Source of the DNA: Candidatus Gastranaerophilales bacterium
Lineage (GTDB): Bacteria > Cyanobacteriota > Vampirovibrionia > Gastranaerophilales > Gastranaerophilaceae
Assembly (NCBI GenBank): GCA_944322675.1
Contig: CALUPO010000011.1
Coordinates: 1,752-65,751 of the forward strand
Direction: 5' to 3'
DNA: 64,000 bases
Shown: positions 29,701-39,027 of the stretch, piece after piece
Layout of the letters: each line of letters opens with the position of its first letter
How positions within the stretch are numbered: position 1 is the first letter of the stretch
Program-made: the position numbers and the translations under genes
Notes under the pieces: model-generated
The model's input: only the letters and a program-made list of their open reading frames with translations
Told to the model about the DNA's origin: nothing
Database searches by the model: none

Positions 29701-29740
29701 AAAAAAAATGAGAGTTAATTAATCATTAACTCTCATTTTT
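29701..29740 (-). terminator. Rho-independent terminator between tpsA-like gene and alaS
   Basis: 12-bp stem atgagagttaat/attaactctcat (29708-29736). An A8 run on the + strand at 29701-29708 supplies the U-run for the minus transcript. Confidence 0.7.
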
Positions 29741-29762
29741 ATTTTTATATATCCCCTATGAA

Positions 29763-32700
29763 TTATATTTTTGACAATATATTCATAAACGATGGTTGTT
29801 TTTCTTGATTTTGATCATTTGCAGCTGTTTGTTCTTTTTGGGCTTCATTTAACATACTTAGATACAATATCTTATTTGCTGTTAAATTATCAACATCTGT
29901 GAATCTTAATCCTGCAATATTTGTTGATTGGTCAACCCTCATAACTTTTGCTGTTGCTTCAACTTCTATTCCTTTGTAAGCAAAGCTTACTTTTACTTCA
30001 TCATTAATCTTCAAACTACCATCAGTTTTTACAGCTAAACCTGTTTTTGATATATCTAAGATATTTTGAATATGTTCACTTGCTGCCCCAAGAGATAATG
30101 AATCGCCATTTACACCATATCTTATTGATTCACGTTTTAATTCCAAGAAATTATTATCTTCTTCTCTATCGTATATTAATCTTGTTGGATCATTATCTCT
30201 AATTATTGGTAAATTAGAATTATCATTTCCTGGATTTGGTGTCGGATCTATAGGTGTAACTGGAGGTATATTTGGTTCATCAGGGAATGGTGTACGTGTT
30301 ACATCTAGTGTAATATATGGATCTTCAGTTGTATTTCTTGGTGTTTCAATACTATATTCGTGATCTTTAACGTCTCCATTTACATTACCTGGATTATTGA
30401 TATCTCCACTACCATTGTTTTCAACAAGTACATCATTTCCATCAACATTACCATTTATGTTAACTTCACCACCATTATCTGAATTTGATATTGTTACATT
30501 ATCACCATCAACATTGCCATTAACATTAACGTCACCGCCATTGTTAGTTATTGTAACATCACCACCTTGAACATCACCATTTGTTGTTATTCCATCATCA
30601 CCTGAGTTTTGAATTAAAGTACTATCATCACCTGTGATATCACCATCTATTATTATACCTCCATCTCGATTTGGTGAATCCTGATCTATTCTATCTACAT
30701 CAAGTGTGATTAAACCATCATTATGTTTGATTTGTGGTGTTTCTATATCGTATGTTTGATTTTGTATTAATATTTTACCTCCATTTACATCACCGCCTAT
30801 TGCGATATCACCTGAACCTGCGTTTTCAATTAATACTATATCATTACCTTGAATATTTGAATTAATTGTAACGCCTCCTGTTCCTTGATTTGATTGTGTT
30901 ATAATTACTTCATTTCCGGTTACTGTTCCACCATTGTTCAAGTTTATTGCACCACCATTATTAGTTATTGCAACTATATCATTACCTTGAACATCACCGT
31001 TTGATGTTATACCATTAGTTCCTGAATTTTGGATATAAACTTCATTTCCGGTTATGTCTCCGTTTGAAATTATACCACCACCAAGGTTTGGTGAAGCATT
31101 CTCATTACGCTCAACACCTAACAATATATAATTACCTTCCGGTACACGTGGTGTTTCCATATCATATGTTTGATTTTCAAGAAATATACGTTGTCCAGAT
31201 AGTGAACTTGTCTCTGTTAACTCTATATTACCATTTCCTGAGTTTTCAACAACAACATCACCATTATTTGCTTGAATGTCAGCTGCTATATTTATACCAC
31301 TTGTAGCATTGCTTGAATTTGATATTACTACATCTCGATATTGAGCTATAATATCAACATTTCCAATATTAATTCCACCATTATCATTAGTTATCATTAA
31401 ATTATCGGATGTTATATTATTATTTATAGCAATTCCTTCACTACCTGCATTTTGTATAAATACATCACCTCCACTTATTGTTCCGTTTGCAACTATACCG
31501 CCATCAACATTTTGTGATGCTTGATTTACACGATTTACATCAAGAACTATATAGTCATTATTAAATGAAACATGTGGTGTTGTTATATCATAGGTTTGAT
31601 TTTCTACTATAACATAACCACCATTTGCATTTAAATTACCATTCAATACTATTGAGCCAGGTGCTGCATTTTCAATTGTTAACATACCACCATTTTGAGC
31701 TGTGATATTTGAACCTACAGTTATACCGCCATTTGCATTGTTTGAATTTGAAACAGTAACATTATTACCGATTATATTTCCACTTTCTAAATTAATGCTG
31801 CCACCATTATTTGTAATCAACACATCACCTTGAGATGTGATATTTGAATTAGCCTCAATACCTTGACTGCCAGAATTTTGAATATAAACATTACCGCCTG
31901 TTATTGCTCCTGTTGTAAATATACCACCATCAACATTTTGTGATGCTTGATTTACACGATTTACATCAAGAACTATATAGTCATTATTAAATGAAACATG
32001 TGGTGTTGTTATATCGTATGTTTGATTTTCAATCAATACATTTCCATTATTACCTGTAAGATTTCCATTAACTACAATATTACCACTACCTGCATTTTCA
32101 AGTAATAACATTTCTTGTGACAATATATTTGAACCAACATTTATACCACCTGTTGTGTTATTTGATGCTGATACTATAACGCTATTACCTGATATGTTAC
32201 CATTTTGCAAGTTAATACCTGCGTTATCACTTGTTATCATTAAATTACCAGATGCTGTTATATTATTGTTTGTTGATATACCATTAGCACCTGAATTTTG
32301 GATGTATACATTATTACCTGCAAGAGTTCCATTTGCAACAATTCCACCATTTTTATTAGTTGAATCCACACTATTACGTGTCAATGAAACTGCATCAGAA
32401 GTTTCTACATCCGATTTATTTATTGCTATTTGATAATTTTGATTTTGTATTGACAAATCTCCATTATTTGCATTTATGTTTCCATTTAAAGCTATATCTG
32501 TATTTGATGAATTTTCAATTAATGTAAAGCCATTTGTATTCATATTCCCTACATTAAATGATGAACCATTTACATTGCTTATAACTGTGTTACCTTGTGA
32601 AGTATTATTAATAGCTCCTGTTATATTAAATGCACCTTCTGCACCTTGTACTATTAATGTGTCTCCATTTGTTGTAACTGAACCAGATATATTCAAATCA

Positions 32701-35591
32701 CTACCATTTACATCATTATATATTGTTGTTTTACCACCTGCAAATGTGTTTGAAATATTTATACTATCTGTTCCATAATTAGCTACAAGAGTATCGCCTG
32801 TTGAGTTAACAACTCCTTGCATATTTATCCCGCCTTGTCCCTCTTTAATAACTGCAAGTGAACCGGCATTTATATTTGTATTGTTACCAACATTTATGGA
32901 TACATTACTTGTGTCTTTTATTGTTGTTTTGCCACCGCTTGTGGTATTTGTTCCATTAGCCAATGTTATACCTTGTTGACCTTCATTGTATAATGTCAAA
33001 TAACCATCGGTTGTTATATCTTTTGATATTGCTATTCCGCCATTTGCTCCTGAGTTTGTTTGCTCAACTGTGATACCGGCTACATTATCAACAACATCGC
33101 CTGTTATATTGATTAAGCTATTTCCTTTGTTTGTTATTGTTGTTGCATTTTGTGCACCAAGTGTTCCTGAAACATTTATACCGCCTGTATTGGATGCTTC
33201 ATTAACTATTTGGGTTGTGCCTTGTGTTGTTCCATTATTTAAAGTTCCTGCAAGATTTATAGCACCTGTTGTATTATTTTGTACAAGAACATCACCATTT
33301 GCATTAACTGTTCCGGTTAAATTAATATCACCTTCATTGTCGTTTTGTACCACTAAACCACCTGTTGTTATAGTGTTATTAATGTTAATATCAGCAATAC
33401 CTGTGTCATTAATAAATGTTGTTCCGGCTGCATTTATAGCGTTATTAAACATTATACCTCTATTACCGGAATTTATAACATCAACACCGCCTGCACTTAT
33501 AATGCTGCCATTTATATTAACACCGCCTGAACTTCCAGTGCGTGTCAAAGAAACAACACCATTAACACCTTTGCTTTCAAGAACTGCACTATTTGCTATA
33601 TATAAATCTTTTAAATTTGCACTATCTTGCCCAAAGAATTCAGTCAAAAGTATCTGATTATCTCTTATATTGATACCCCAAGGGGTAAATCCTTGAAAAT
33701 TATCTTTATTTTCATTTATATTCAGATCTTTACTATACATATAAGTAGTATCAGAAACACCATCAGCACTTCCTTTATGAACAATATTAATATCTTTATC
33801 AGATGTTAACTTGCCGCCAACTGATAAACCACCTTTTGATGTTTCTGTTGTTTCAATATTAATACCATTATAATTTGCACTTCCATTATTAGTGCTTGTT
33901 ATAGTTCCATTTGCAATAATAGAACCTGAATTACTTTCGATATTAATATTTCCGTTTGCAGTTGTTGTTCCATAATGATAAATTTCTCCTTTTTTAACTG
34001 GATTTAATGAGTCTGCTTGTGAAGTTTTTACATTAACATCTCCATTTTCAAGATTTATGTTACCATTTAAATATATATCACCTTGCACAACACTACTATT
34101 ATTTAAAACAGCTAAATTACCGCTATCATAAATATTTATATCATTAAGTAAATATATCTGACTACCCTCACCATCAGAACTTGCAACTATATTAACATCA
34201 CCATTTGTAATATTAAAATTAGCAGTCTTATCAAAACCAATTGAACCACCATTTTCAGTTGTTTGTATGATATTTAAGTCTCCATTATTAATATTAATAT
34301 CACCTAAGCCATATAAACCAAAATTCGAACCAGAATTAATCGTTACATGATTTTTTATTGTTACACCAGCACCTTCAACATTATTTTGGTTATCCACATT
34401 TATATCACCCAAAAGTATCATCTGTAAACCAGCATTTTCTAAATTTACAGTTTCTTTGGCATTTAGTTTCCCTGTTTCTTCAAGACGTAAAGTAGACCCT
34501 ATCAAGTTCTGAGGAACTTCAGTACTATCAATATCTTGTTTATTTGAAATAGAGATATTTCTTGCATTAACCTCTCCTTCAATAAAAGTCCTTGGGGAAT
34601 TACTCAATATTTCATTATCACTATTAATAAATGTCTCATTTGTTATAGCATTAAAACTAAAATCATTTGCAACATAAGTTTTTCCACCAATTACATTGTT
34701 ATAAGTACGTGAATAATTTGTTGATATATTATTATTATTTATATTAATATCGACATCACCATTTGCAACCATTGTTGCATTACTACTAGTATAAGCTCTA
34801 GTTCCATTTATAGCGATATTTCCATTTTTAATACCAAAATCTATATCACTTGATGAAAAATCATTTTGACCACCATTAACAATAAGTTCAAATAATCTTC
34901 CGGCATTGTTGCGAGCATTGGCTATATCAGATTGAGAAATTTGTGCAACGGCTTCTTGCGAATATTCTGCATTATTAGAAACAAAACCGGTGGCAATTTT
35001 GGAATTATCTAAGTTAATATTAGAACCATTTAAAGTCATGCCTTCTTTTGTTAAAACCATGCCGTTAATTGTTATATTACCGCCTCCATAAAATTGGTCG
35101 CTATTTAACAATGCATCTGTCATTTGGCTTACATCAAGGTTTTTAAATGAATCATAGACAGCTTTAGATGGTGTATAAACACCTAATGAACCAACGTTTA
35201 CAACCCCGCTTGAACCTACAACAAAGCCATTTGGTGATACAAATATAGCACGTCCATTTGCAAATGCACCATTACCATTAACCGTATTTAAAATACCATT
35301 AATTGTAACCTGATTATCAACTGCATTTATAAATCTATTTATTCCATTAAATATTAAATTGGCGGTATGGCCCTGGTCAAGCTGAAAATCAGTATAATGA
35401 CGAAAACCTGTTGACCCGTTTACTTTTGCAGGATCAATATTATAAACACCATTATTACCGGTTATCCCAGTAATGTTTGACGCAAAGGATACAAGATTAG
35501 CTTGAAACCCTATCATCGTCATGGCTAAAAATGAAGCAACAACACGCTTCATCCTGGACTTAGATTTAAATTTGCTACATTTCATAGTCAT
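29763..35591 (-). CDS. two-partner-secretion exoprotein (TpsA / filamentous-haemagglutinin family) with C-terminal PilZ domain
   Basis: 1942 aa. SD AAGGAG lies 5 nt before the ATG. Signal peptide 'MKRVVASFLAMTMIGFQANLVSFA'. TPS domain 'GFRHYTDFQLDQGHTANLIF...AIFVSPNGFVVGSSGVVNVGSL'. Long Asn/Gly/Ile-rich beta-helix repeats. Pro-rich linker. The last ~125 aa carry 'RESIR' and 'DISKTG'. Confidence 0.9.
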   Translation of the reverse strand: MTMKCSKFKSKSRMKRVVASFLAMTMIGFQANLVSFASNITGITGNNGVYNIDPAKVNGSTGFRHYTDFQLDQGHTANLIFNGINRFINAVDNQVTINGILNTVNGNGAFANGRAIFVSPNGFVVGSSGVVNVGSLGVYTPSKAVYDSFKNLDVSQMTDALLNSDQFYGGGNITINGMVLTKEGMTLNGSNINLDNSKIATGFVSNNAEYSQEAVAQISQSDIANARNNAGRLFELIVNGGQNDFSSSDIDFGIKNGNIAINGTRAYTSSNATMVANGDVDININNNNISTNYSRTYNNVIGGKTYVANDFSFNAITNETFINSDNEILSNSPRTFIEGEVNARNISISNKQDIDSTEVPQNLIGSTLRLEETGKLNAKETVNLENAGLQMILLGDINVDNQNNVEGAGVTIKNHVTINSGSNFGLYGLGDININNGDLNIIQTTENGGSIGFDKTANFNITNGDVNIVASSDGEGSQIYLLNDINIYDSGNLAVLNNSSVVQGDIYLNGNINLENGDVNVKTSQADSLNPVKKGEIYHYGTTTANGNINIESNSGSIIANGTITSTNNGSANYNGINIETTETSKGGLSVGGKLTSDKDINIVHKGSADGVSDTTYMYSKDLNINENKDNFQGFTPWGINIRDNQILLTEFFGQDSANLKDLYIANSAVLESKGVNGVVSLTRTGSSGGVNINGSIISAGGVDVINSGNRGIMFNNAINAAGTTFINDTGIADININNTITTGGLVVQNDNEGDINLTGTVNANGDVLVQNNTTGAINLAGTLNNGTTQGTTQIVNEASNTGGINVSGTLGAQNATTITNKGNSLINITGDVVDNVAGITVEQTNSGANGGIAISKDITTDGYLTLYNEGQQGITLANGTNTTSGGKTTIKDTSNVSINVGNNTNINAGSLAVIKEGQGGINMQGVVNSTGDTLVANYGTDSINISNTFAGGKTTIYNDVNGSDLNISGSVTTNGDTLIVQGAEGAFNITGAINNTSQGNTVISNVNGSSFNVGNMNTNGFTLIENSSNTDIALNGNINANNGDLSIQNQNYQIAINKSDVETSDAVSLTRNSVDSTNKNGGIVANGTLAGNNVYIQNSGANGISTNNNITASGNLMITSDNAGINLQNGNISGNSVIVSASNNTTGGINVGSNILSQEMLLLENAGSGNIVVNGNLTGNNGNVLIENQTYDITTPHVSFNNDYIVLDVNRVNQASQNVDGGIFTTGAITGGNVYIQNSGSQGIEANSNITSQGDVLITNNGGSINLESGNIIGNNVTVSNSNNANGGITVGSNITAQNGGMLTIENAAPGSIVLNGNLNANGGYVIVENQTYDITTPHVSFNNDYIVLDVNRVNQASQNVDGGIVANGTISGGDVFIQNAGSEGIAINNNITSDNLMITNDNGGINIGNVDIIAQYRDVVISNSSNATSGINIAADIQANNGDVVVENSGNGNIELTETSSLSGQRIFLENQTYDMETPRVPEGNYILLGVERNENASPNLGGGIISNGDITGNEVYIQNSGTNGITSNGDVQGNDIVAITNNGGAINLNNGGTVTGNEVIITQSNQGTGGVTINSNIQGNDIVLIENAGSGDIAIGGDVNGGKILIQNQTYDIETPQIKHNDGLITLDVDRIDQDSPNRDGGIIIDGDITGDDSTLIQNSGDDGITTNGDVQGGDVTITNNGGDVNVNGNVDGDNVTISNSDNGGEVNINGNVDGNDVLVENNGSGDINNPGNVNGDVKDHEYSIETPRNTTEDPYITLDVTRTPFPDEPNIPPVTPIDPTPNPGNDNSNLPIIRDNDPTRLIYDREEDNNFLELKRESIRYGVNGDSLSLGAASEHIQNILDISKTGLAVKTDGSLKINDEVKVSFAYKGIEVEATAKVMRVDQSTNIAGLRFTDVDNLTANKILYLSMLNEAQKEQTAANDQNQEKQPSFMNILSKI
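30300..32460. repeat. tandem about-426-bp (142-aa) coding repeats, 5.5 units, within the TpsA gene
   Basis: Units each start with '(I/V/L)(E/Q)NQTYD(I/M)xTP'. An 89-nt exact duplicate occurs at 31501-31589 and 31927-32015, offset 426 bp. Confidence 0.9.
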
Positions 35592-35717
35592 ATGATCTCC
35601 TTGATTTCTTCACTCACATTATTAATGTTCCACATTATTTAAAAATATAAACATATAAACATAATAAAGCAAGTTAAATTTTACCACTATAATAATAGAA
35701 AAGTCAAGTTTAAATTA

Positions 35718-35791
35718 ATATTTGCACAAAAATAAGAAAATCTTTACAATTATTTACAAAAATTTACAAATCTTTAAATTGTATTTGCACA
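35718..35791. promoter_or_regulatory. phased repeat array in the divergent tpsA/tpsB control region
   Basis: ATATTTGCACA/GTATTTGCACA at 35718-35728 and 35781-35791, 63 bp apart. They bracket three TTTACAA copies at exact 10-bp phasing (35743, 35753, 35763). Confidence 0.4.
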
Positions 35792-35914
35792 TTAGCATGT
35801 TTTTATTACAATAATACTTATATTATACAAAATCACAAAAACTTAATATATATATATGATTTTATATTATTTAGAATTAATATAATATAATAACTTAACA
35901 AAGGTAAAGGGAAT

Positions 35915-37801
35915 ATGAATTTTAGAAGTAAAAAATTTTTATTGTGTTGGATTTTATCAGGTTTAATACCTTTAAGTGTTGCACAAGCTGCACCAAATAT
36001 GAATATGCCTCAACTACCGCAAGCCGGTGGAATGTTTGATGCCGGGGCTTTAAATAAGCATCAAATTGATTATTTAAAAAACAAAGAAATGACAGAACAA
36101 AAAATGAAAGATTTTGAACAAAGACAGGAAGTTGAACCTGATAGTTTTGATGTTAAAGAACAAAGCATGCAGCCTATTAATTCAACTCAAGAACAACAGT
36201 ATGCTGACCCGCAGCTTCAAATGACAGTTGAAAAATATAAAAATGAAGGGTTTTATTTAAAAAACATTGAAGTTGATGAATCATACATTTTATCAAATGA
36301 TGAAATTAAAGCTATTATTGAACCGCTTGTCGGTCGTGTTGTTCAGCTGGAAGAAATTAAACAAGCAATTGATAAAATTAATCTTTTATATGCAGAAAAA
36401 AACTATATTACTGCACGTGCCTATCTTGAAGATCAAGTGATTGAAGATGGAACTATAAGAATTTCTTTACTTGAAGGACGTGTGGGTGAAGTTAAAATCG
36501 ATGGCAATAAGTGCACAACAAAAGGTTATATCATGCGCCGGCTTGACAATATGGAAATGGGTAACCTTCTTGAACTTAGAAAACTTGAGCAGGATGTAAT
36601 CCAGTTTAACCACGTTAATGAAGGTATTGCAATTAATGCGAACCTTGTTCCCGGAGAGGTTGTTGGTACATCTGATTTAGAGATTTCAGTTCGTGAAAAT
36701 TTTCCTTTTCATATAACATTCGCAACAGATAATGCAGGTCGTGAAACTATAGGTGAAAACCGTTTTGGTGTAATCGGTCAAATAGATAGTTTAACCGGTC
36801 ACAGAGATAAATTGACAGGAGGTACTTATTTGTCAGCATCTTCTGTTACTCCATTTGTTGACTATAATATACCATTAAATAAATCAGGCGGGCGTTTAGG
36901 TGTGTCATATTCTGCTAGTAATATGGACATAACTAAAGGTGACTATGCAATGTTTGATATAAGTGGTAAATCACAATTGGCTCAATTATACTATTCTCAA
37001 CCAATTATCGATAAACCATGGTTAAACTTGACAAGTATTTCAAATGTTGCATATAAAACAGCAAGCACAGATATTGCAGATTTTCAAATATATAAAGATA
37101 AGGTTATTACATTAGGTACAGGTGTATTATTAAGACACGATACACGCCGTGGTATTTGGTATACAAATCACAATGTGTCTTATTCTTTCCCGCTTGACCA
37201 CAGCTATTATGACCCTTATTTTAGATATGAAGGCGGTATAATTCGTATTCATGATTTTGGCAAAGGTATAATAGGTCAATTCCGCGGCTTGTGGCAATAT
37301 TCACCTGAAAAGTACATTCCTTCACTTGACCAGTTCCAAATAGGTGGTGTTTCAACCGTTCGTGGTTATAGCGAAGGTGGTTTAATAGGCCGTACAGGTT
37401 ATGTTGCAAGTGCTGAGCTTATTTTCCCTATCACACCAACTGAATGGAGGTTTAAGCTACGTGGTAAAGAAAGGGTTATATATCCTCGTAACTTAATTAA
37501 AGGTGCTGTTTTCGTTGATCACGGTGCTGTTTTCCCGGGTGGTGAAGATACAACTGTTAATAATTTTATGGCATCAGCAGGTTTTGGACTTCGTGTTAGC
37601 TTACCATTTGATTTAACAGGAAAATTTTACTGGGGCTTCCCTTTCCTAAAAAGCGATTATCTGGCCTACACTTACATGCCAAGGTTCCATTTCGAAATTA
37701 CTGCAGCTCCTGACTTCGACCGCTTAATTGACTTTAAAAATAAACGTATGGCGGAAAGAGTTAAAAGAGCTCCAAAATCTAAGAAAAAAGAAGCATTATA
37801 A
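35915..37801 (+). CDS. TpsB outer-membrane transporter (ShlB/FhaC/HecB family, POTRA + beta-barrel)
   Basis: 628 aa. Signal peptide 'LLCWILSGLIPLSVAQA'. POTRA-like 'IRISLLEGRVGEVKIDGN'. Barrel 'VRGYSEGGLIGRTGYVASAELIFPI'. Ends in an aromatic-rich beta-strand region followed by a basic tail. Divergent from TpsA. Confidence 0.88.
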   Translation: MNFRSKKFLLCWILSGLIPLSVAQAAPNMNMPQLPQAGGMFDAGALNKHQIDYLKNKEMTEQKMKDFEQRQEVEPDSFDVKEQSMQPINSTQEQQYADPQLQMTVEKYKNEGFYLKNIEVDESYILSNDEIKAIIEPLVGRVVQLEEIKQAIDKINLLYAEKNYITARAYLEDQVIEDGTIRISLLEGRVGEVKIDGNKCTTKGYIMRRLDNMEMGNLLELRKLEQDVIQFNHVNEGIAINANLVPGEVVGTSDLEISVRENFPFHITFATDNAGRETIGENRFGVIGQIDSLTGHRDKLTGGTYLSASSVTPFVDYNIPLNKSGGRLGVSYSASNMDITKGDYAMFDISGKSQLAQLYYSQPIIDKPWLNLTSISNVAYKTASTDIADFQIYKDKVITLGTGVLLRHDTRRGIWYTNHNVSYSFPLDHSYYDPYFRYEGGIIRIHDFGKGIIGQFRGLWQYSPEKYIPSLDQFQIGGVSTVRGYSEGGLIGRTGYVASAELIFPITPTEWRFKLRGKERVIYPRNLIKGAVFVDHGAVFPGGEDTTVNNFMASAGFGLRVSLPFDLTGKFYWGFPFLKSDYLAYTYMPRFHFEITAAPDFDRLIDFKNKRMAERVKRAPKSKKKEAL

Positions 37802-37824
37802 AATTTATATTTAAAAATTTTAAA

Positions 37825-37861
37825 AGAAAACAATAATTATAAATTATTGTTTTCTTTTTTT
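37825..37861 (+). terminator. Rho-independent terminator after tpsB
   Basis: 14-bp stem agaaaacaataatt/aattattgttttct followed by a T7 run. Confidence 0.75.
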
Positions 37862-37943
37862 GTATTTACATTTATTCATAATTAACCTCCTTTTTACATT
37901 ATTTATTATATAATTAGATTATAAGATAACAGGAGCAATTTAA

Positions 37944-39011
37944 ATGAAAATAGGAATACCACGGGCACTATTATATTACAATTTTTATCCGTTCTGGCTT
38001 GGTTTTTTTTCATCATTAGGAATAGAAATATGCTTGTCAGATACAACAACTAAAGACACTTTGTCAAAAGGTGCAAGTCTTGTTGTAACTGAAACGTGTC
38101 TGCCAGTTAAAGTCTATGTTGGACACATTTTAAACTTAATCGATAAAGGAATTAATAAAATATTTGTACCCTCAATTCAATCATTGCAAAATAAAATTTA
38201 TAATTGTTCAAAACTTAGAGGACTACCTGATTTAATTAGAAATATTGTAAAAAAAGATATAACTATTATTGATGCAACTCTTGATTTATCAAGCGATAAA
38301 AAACTTTATGATTTCCTTCTTGAAATAGCAAAACATTTTAATATAAATGACTTAAATAAAATAAAAGAAGCTTCAAAACAAGGTTTTAAAATGTTTAACA
38401 ACTTCCATATTATGCGACGTTCAGGAATAGATTTTAAAACAGCACTAAAATATGCAAGTCAAAATAGAGTTATTATTCCAAATGTTGAAAAAGAATATCC
38501 TATAAATATAGCTTTAATTTCTCATGGATATAATATTTATGATGATTTAACTTCAATGAAGATATTTAATAAAATGGAGAAACTTGATGTTAAGGTATAT
38601 ACAGCAGAAAATCTTTCAAATGAACAAATGATTGAAGGTGTTTCAGCTTTGAATACAAATTTATACTGGGCAAATGAACTTGAAATGACAGGTGCTGCCG
38701 GTCATTTTATGCAAAATAATAAAATCGATGGAATAATTACTATCACTGCTTTTGGTTGCGGGCCTGATTCATTGATGGTTGAAAAAATAAATAAAAACTC
38801 TAAAAATTTTAATAAACCTATCCTTAATTTAACTATAGATGAACAAACAGGTGAAGCCGGCTTCATCACACGTATTGAAGCTTTCGTCGATATGTTATTC
38901 CGTAAAAAAAGAGCAAATATTTTAAAAAATATTGATCTAAATGAAAAATTCATCATAAATAAAGAAACTACAATTAATAAAACAAGTAATGAAAGTATTA
39001 ATAACAATTAA
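37944..39011 (+). CDS. acyl-CoA dehydratase activase-related protein (DUF2229-like), stand-alone
   Basis: 'MKIGIPRALLYYNFYPFWLGFFSSLGIEI...TETCLPVKVYVGHI' matches my recollection of the conserved N-terminus of the uncharacterised domain in CoA-substrate-specific enzyme activases. Confidence 0.6.
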   Translation: MKIGIPRALLYYNFYPFWLGFFSSLGIEICLSDTTTKDTLSKGASLVVTETCLPVKVYVGHILNLIDKGINKIFVPSIQSLQNKIYNCSKLRGLPDLIRNIVKKDITIIDATLDLSSDKKLYDFLLEIAKHFNINDLNKIKEASKQGFKMFNNFHIMRRSGIDFKTALKYASQNRVIIPNVEKEYPINIALISHGYNIYDDLTSMKIFNKMEKLDVKVYTAENLSNEQMIEGVSALNTNLYWANELEMTGAAGHFMQNNKIDGIITITAFGCGPDSLMVEKINKNSKNFNKPILNLTIDEQTGEAGFITRIEAFVDMLFRKKRANILKNIDLNEKFIINKETTINKTSNESINNN

Positions 39012-39027
39012 AAATTGAGTTATTAAT

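Noticed and set aside
29647-29762. T-box or other leader riboswitch upstream of alaS, and likewise upstream of panB/panC and adhE
   Set aside because: The upstream regions are short, AT-rich and dominated by a simple terminator hairpin. No specifier/T-box or other conserved riboswitch core sequence was seen.
30300-32460. Regularly spaced repeats that might be mistaken for a CRISPR array
   Set aside because: The period is 426 bp and in frame within a continuous ORF. The units are diverged protein modules, not short repeat-spacer units, and there are no cas genes.
33070-33657. 195-aa plus-strand ORF, and several 60-100-aa ORFs (31064, 32155, 32476, 33627), inside the TpsA gene
   Set aside because: They are antisense to a gene with strong domain evidence. 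Their hydrophobic, low-complexity translations are typical of the reverse frame of Asn/Gly/Ile-rich repeats.
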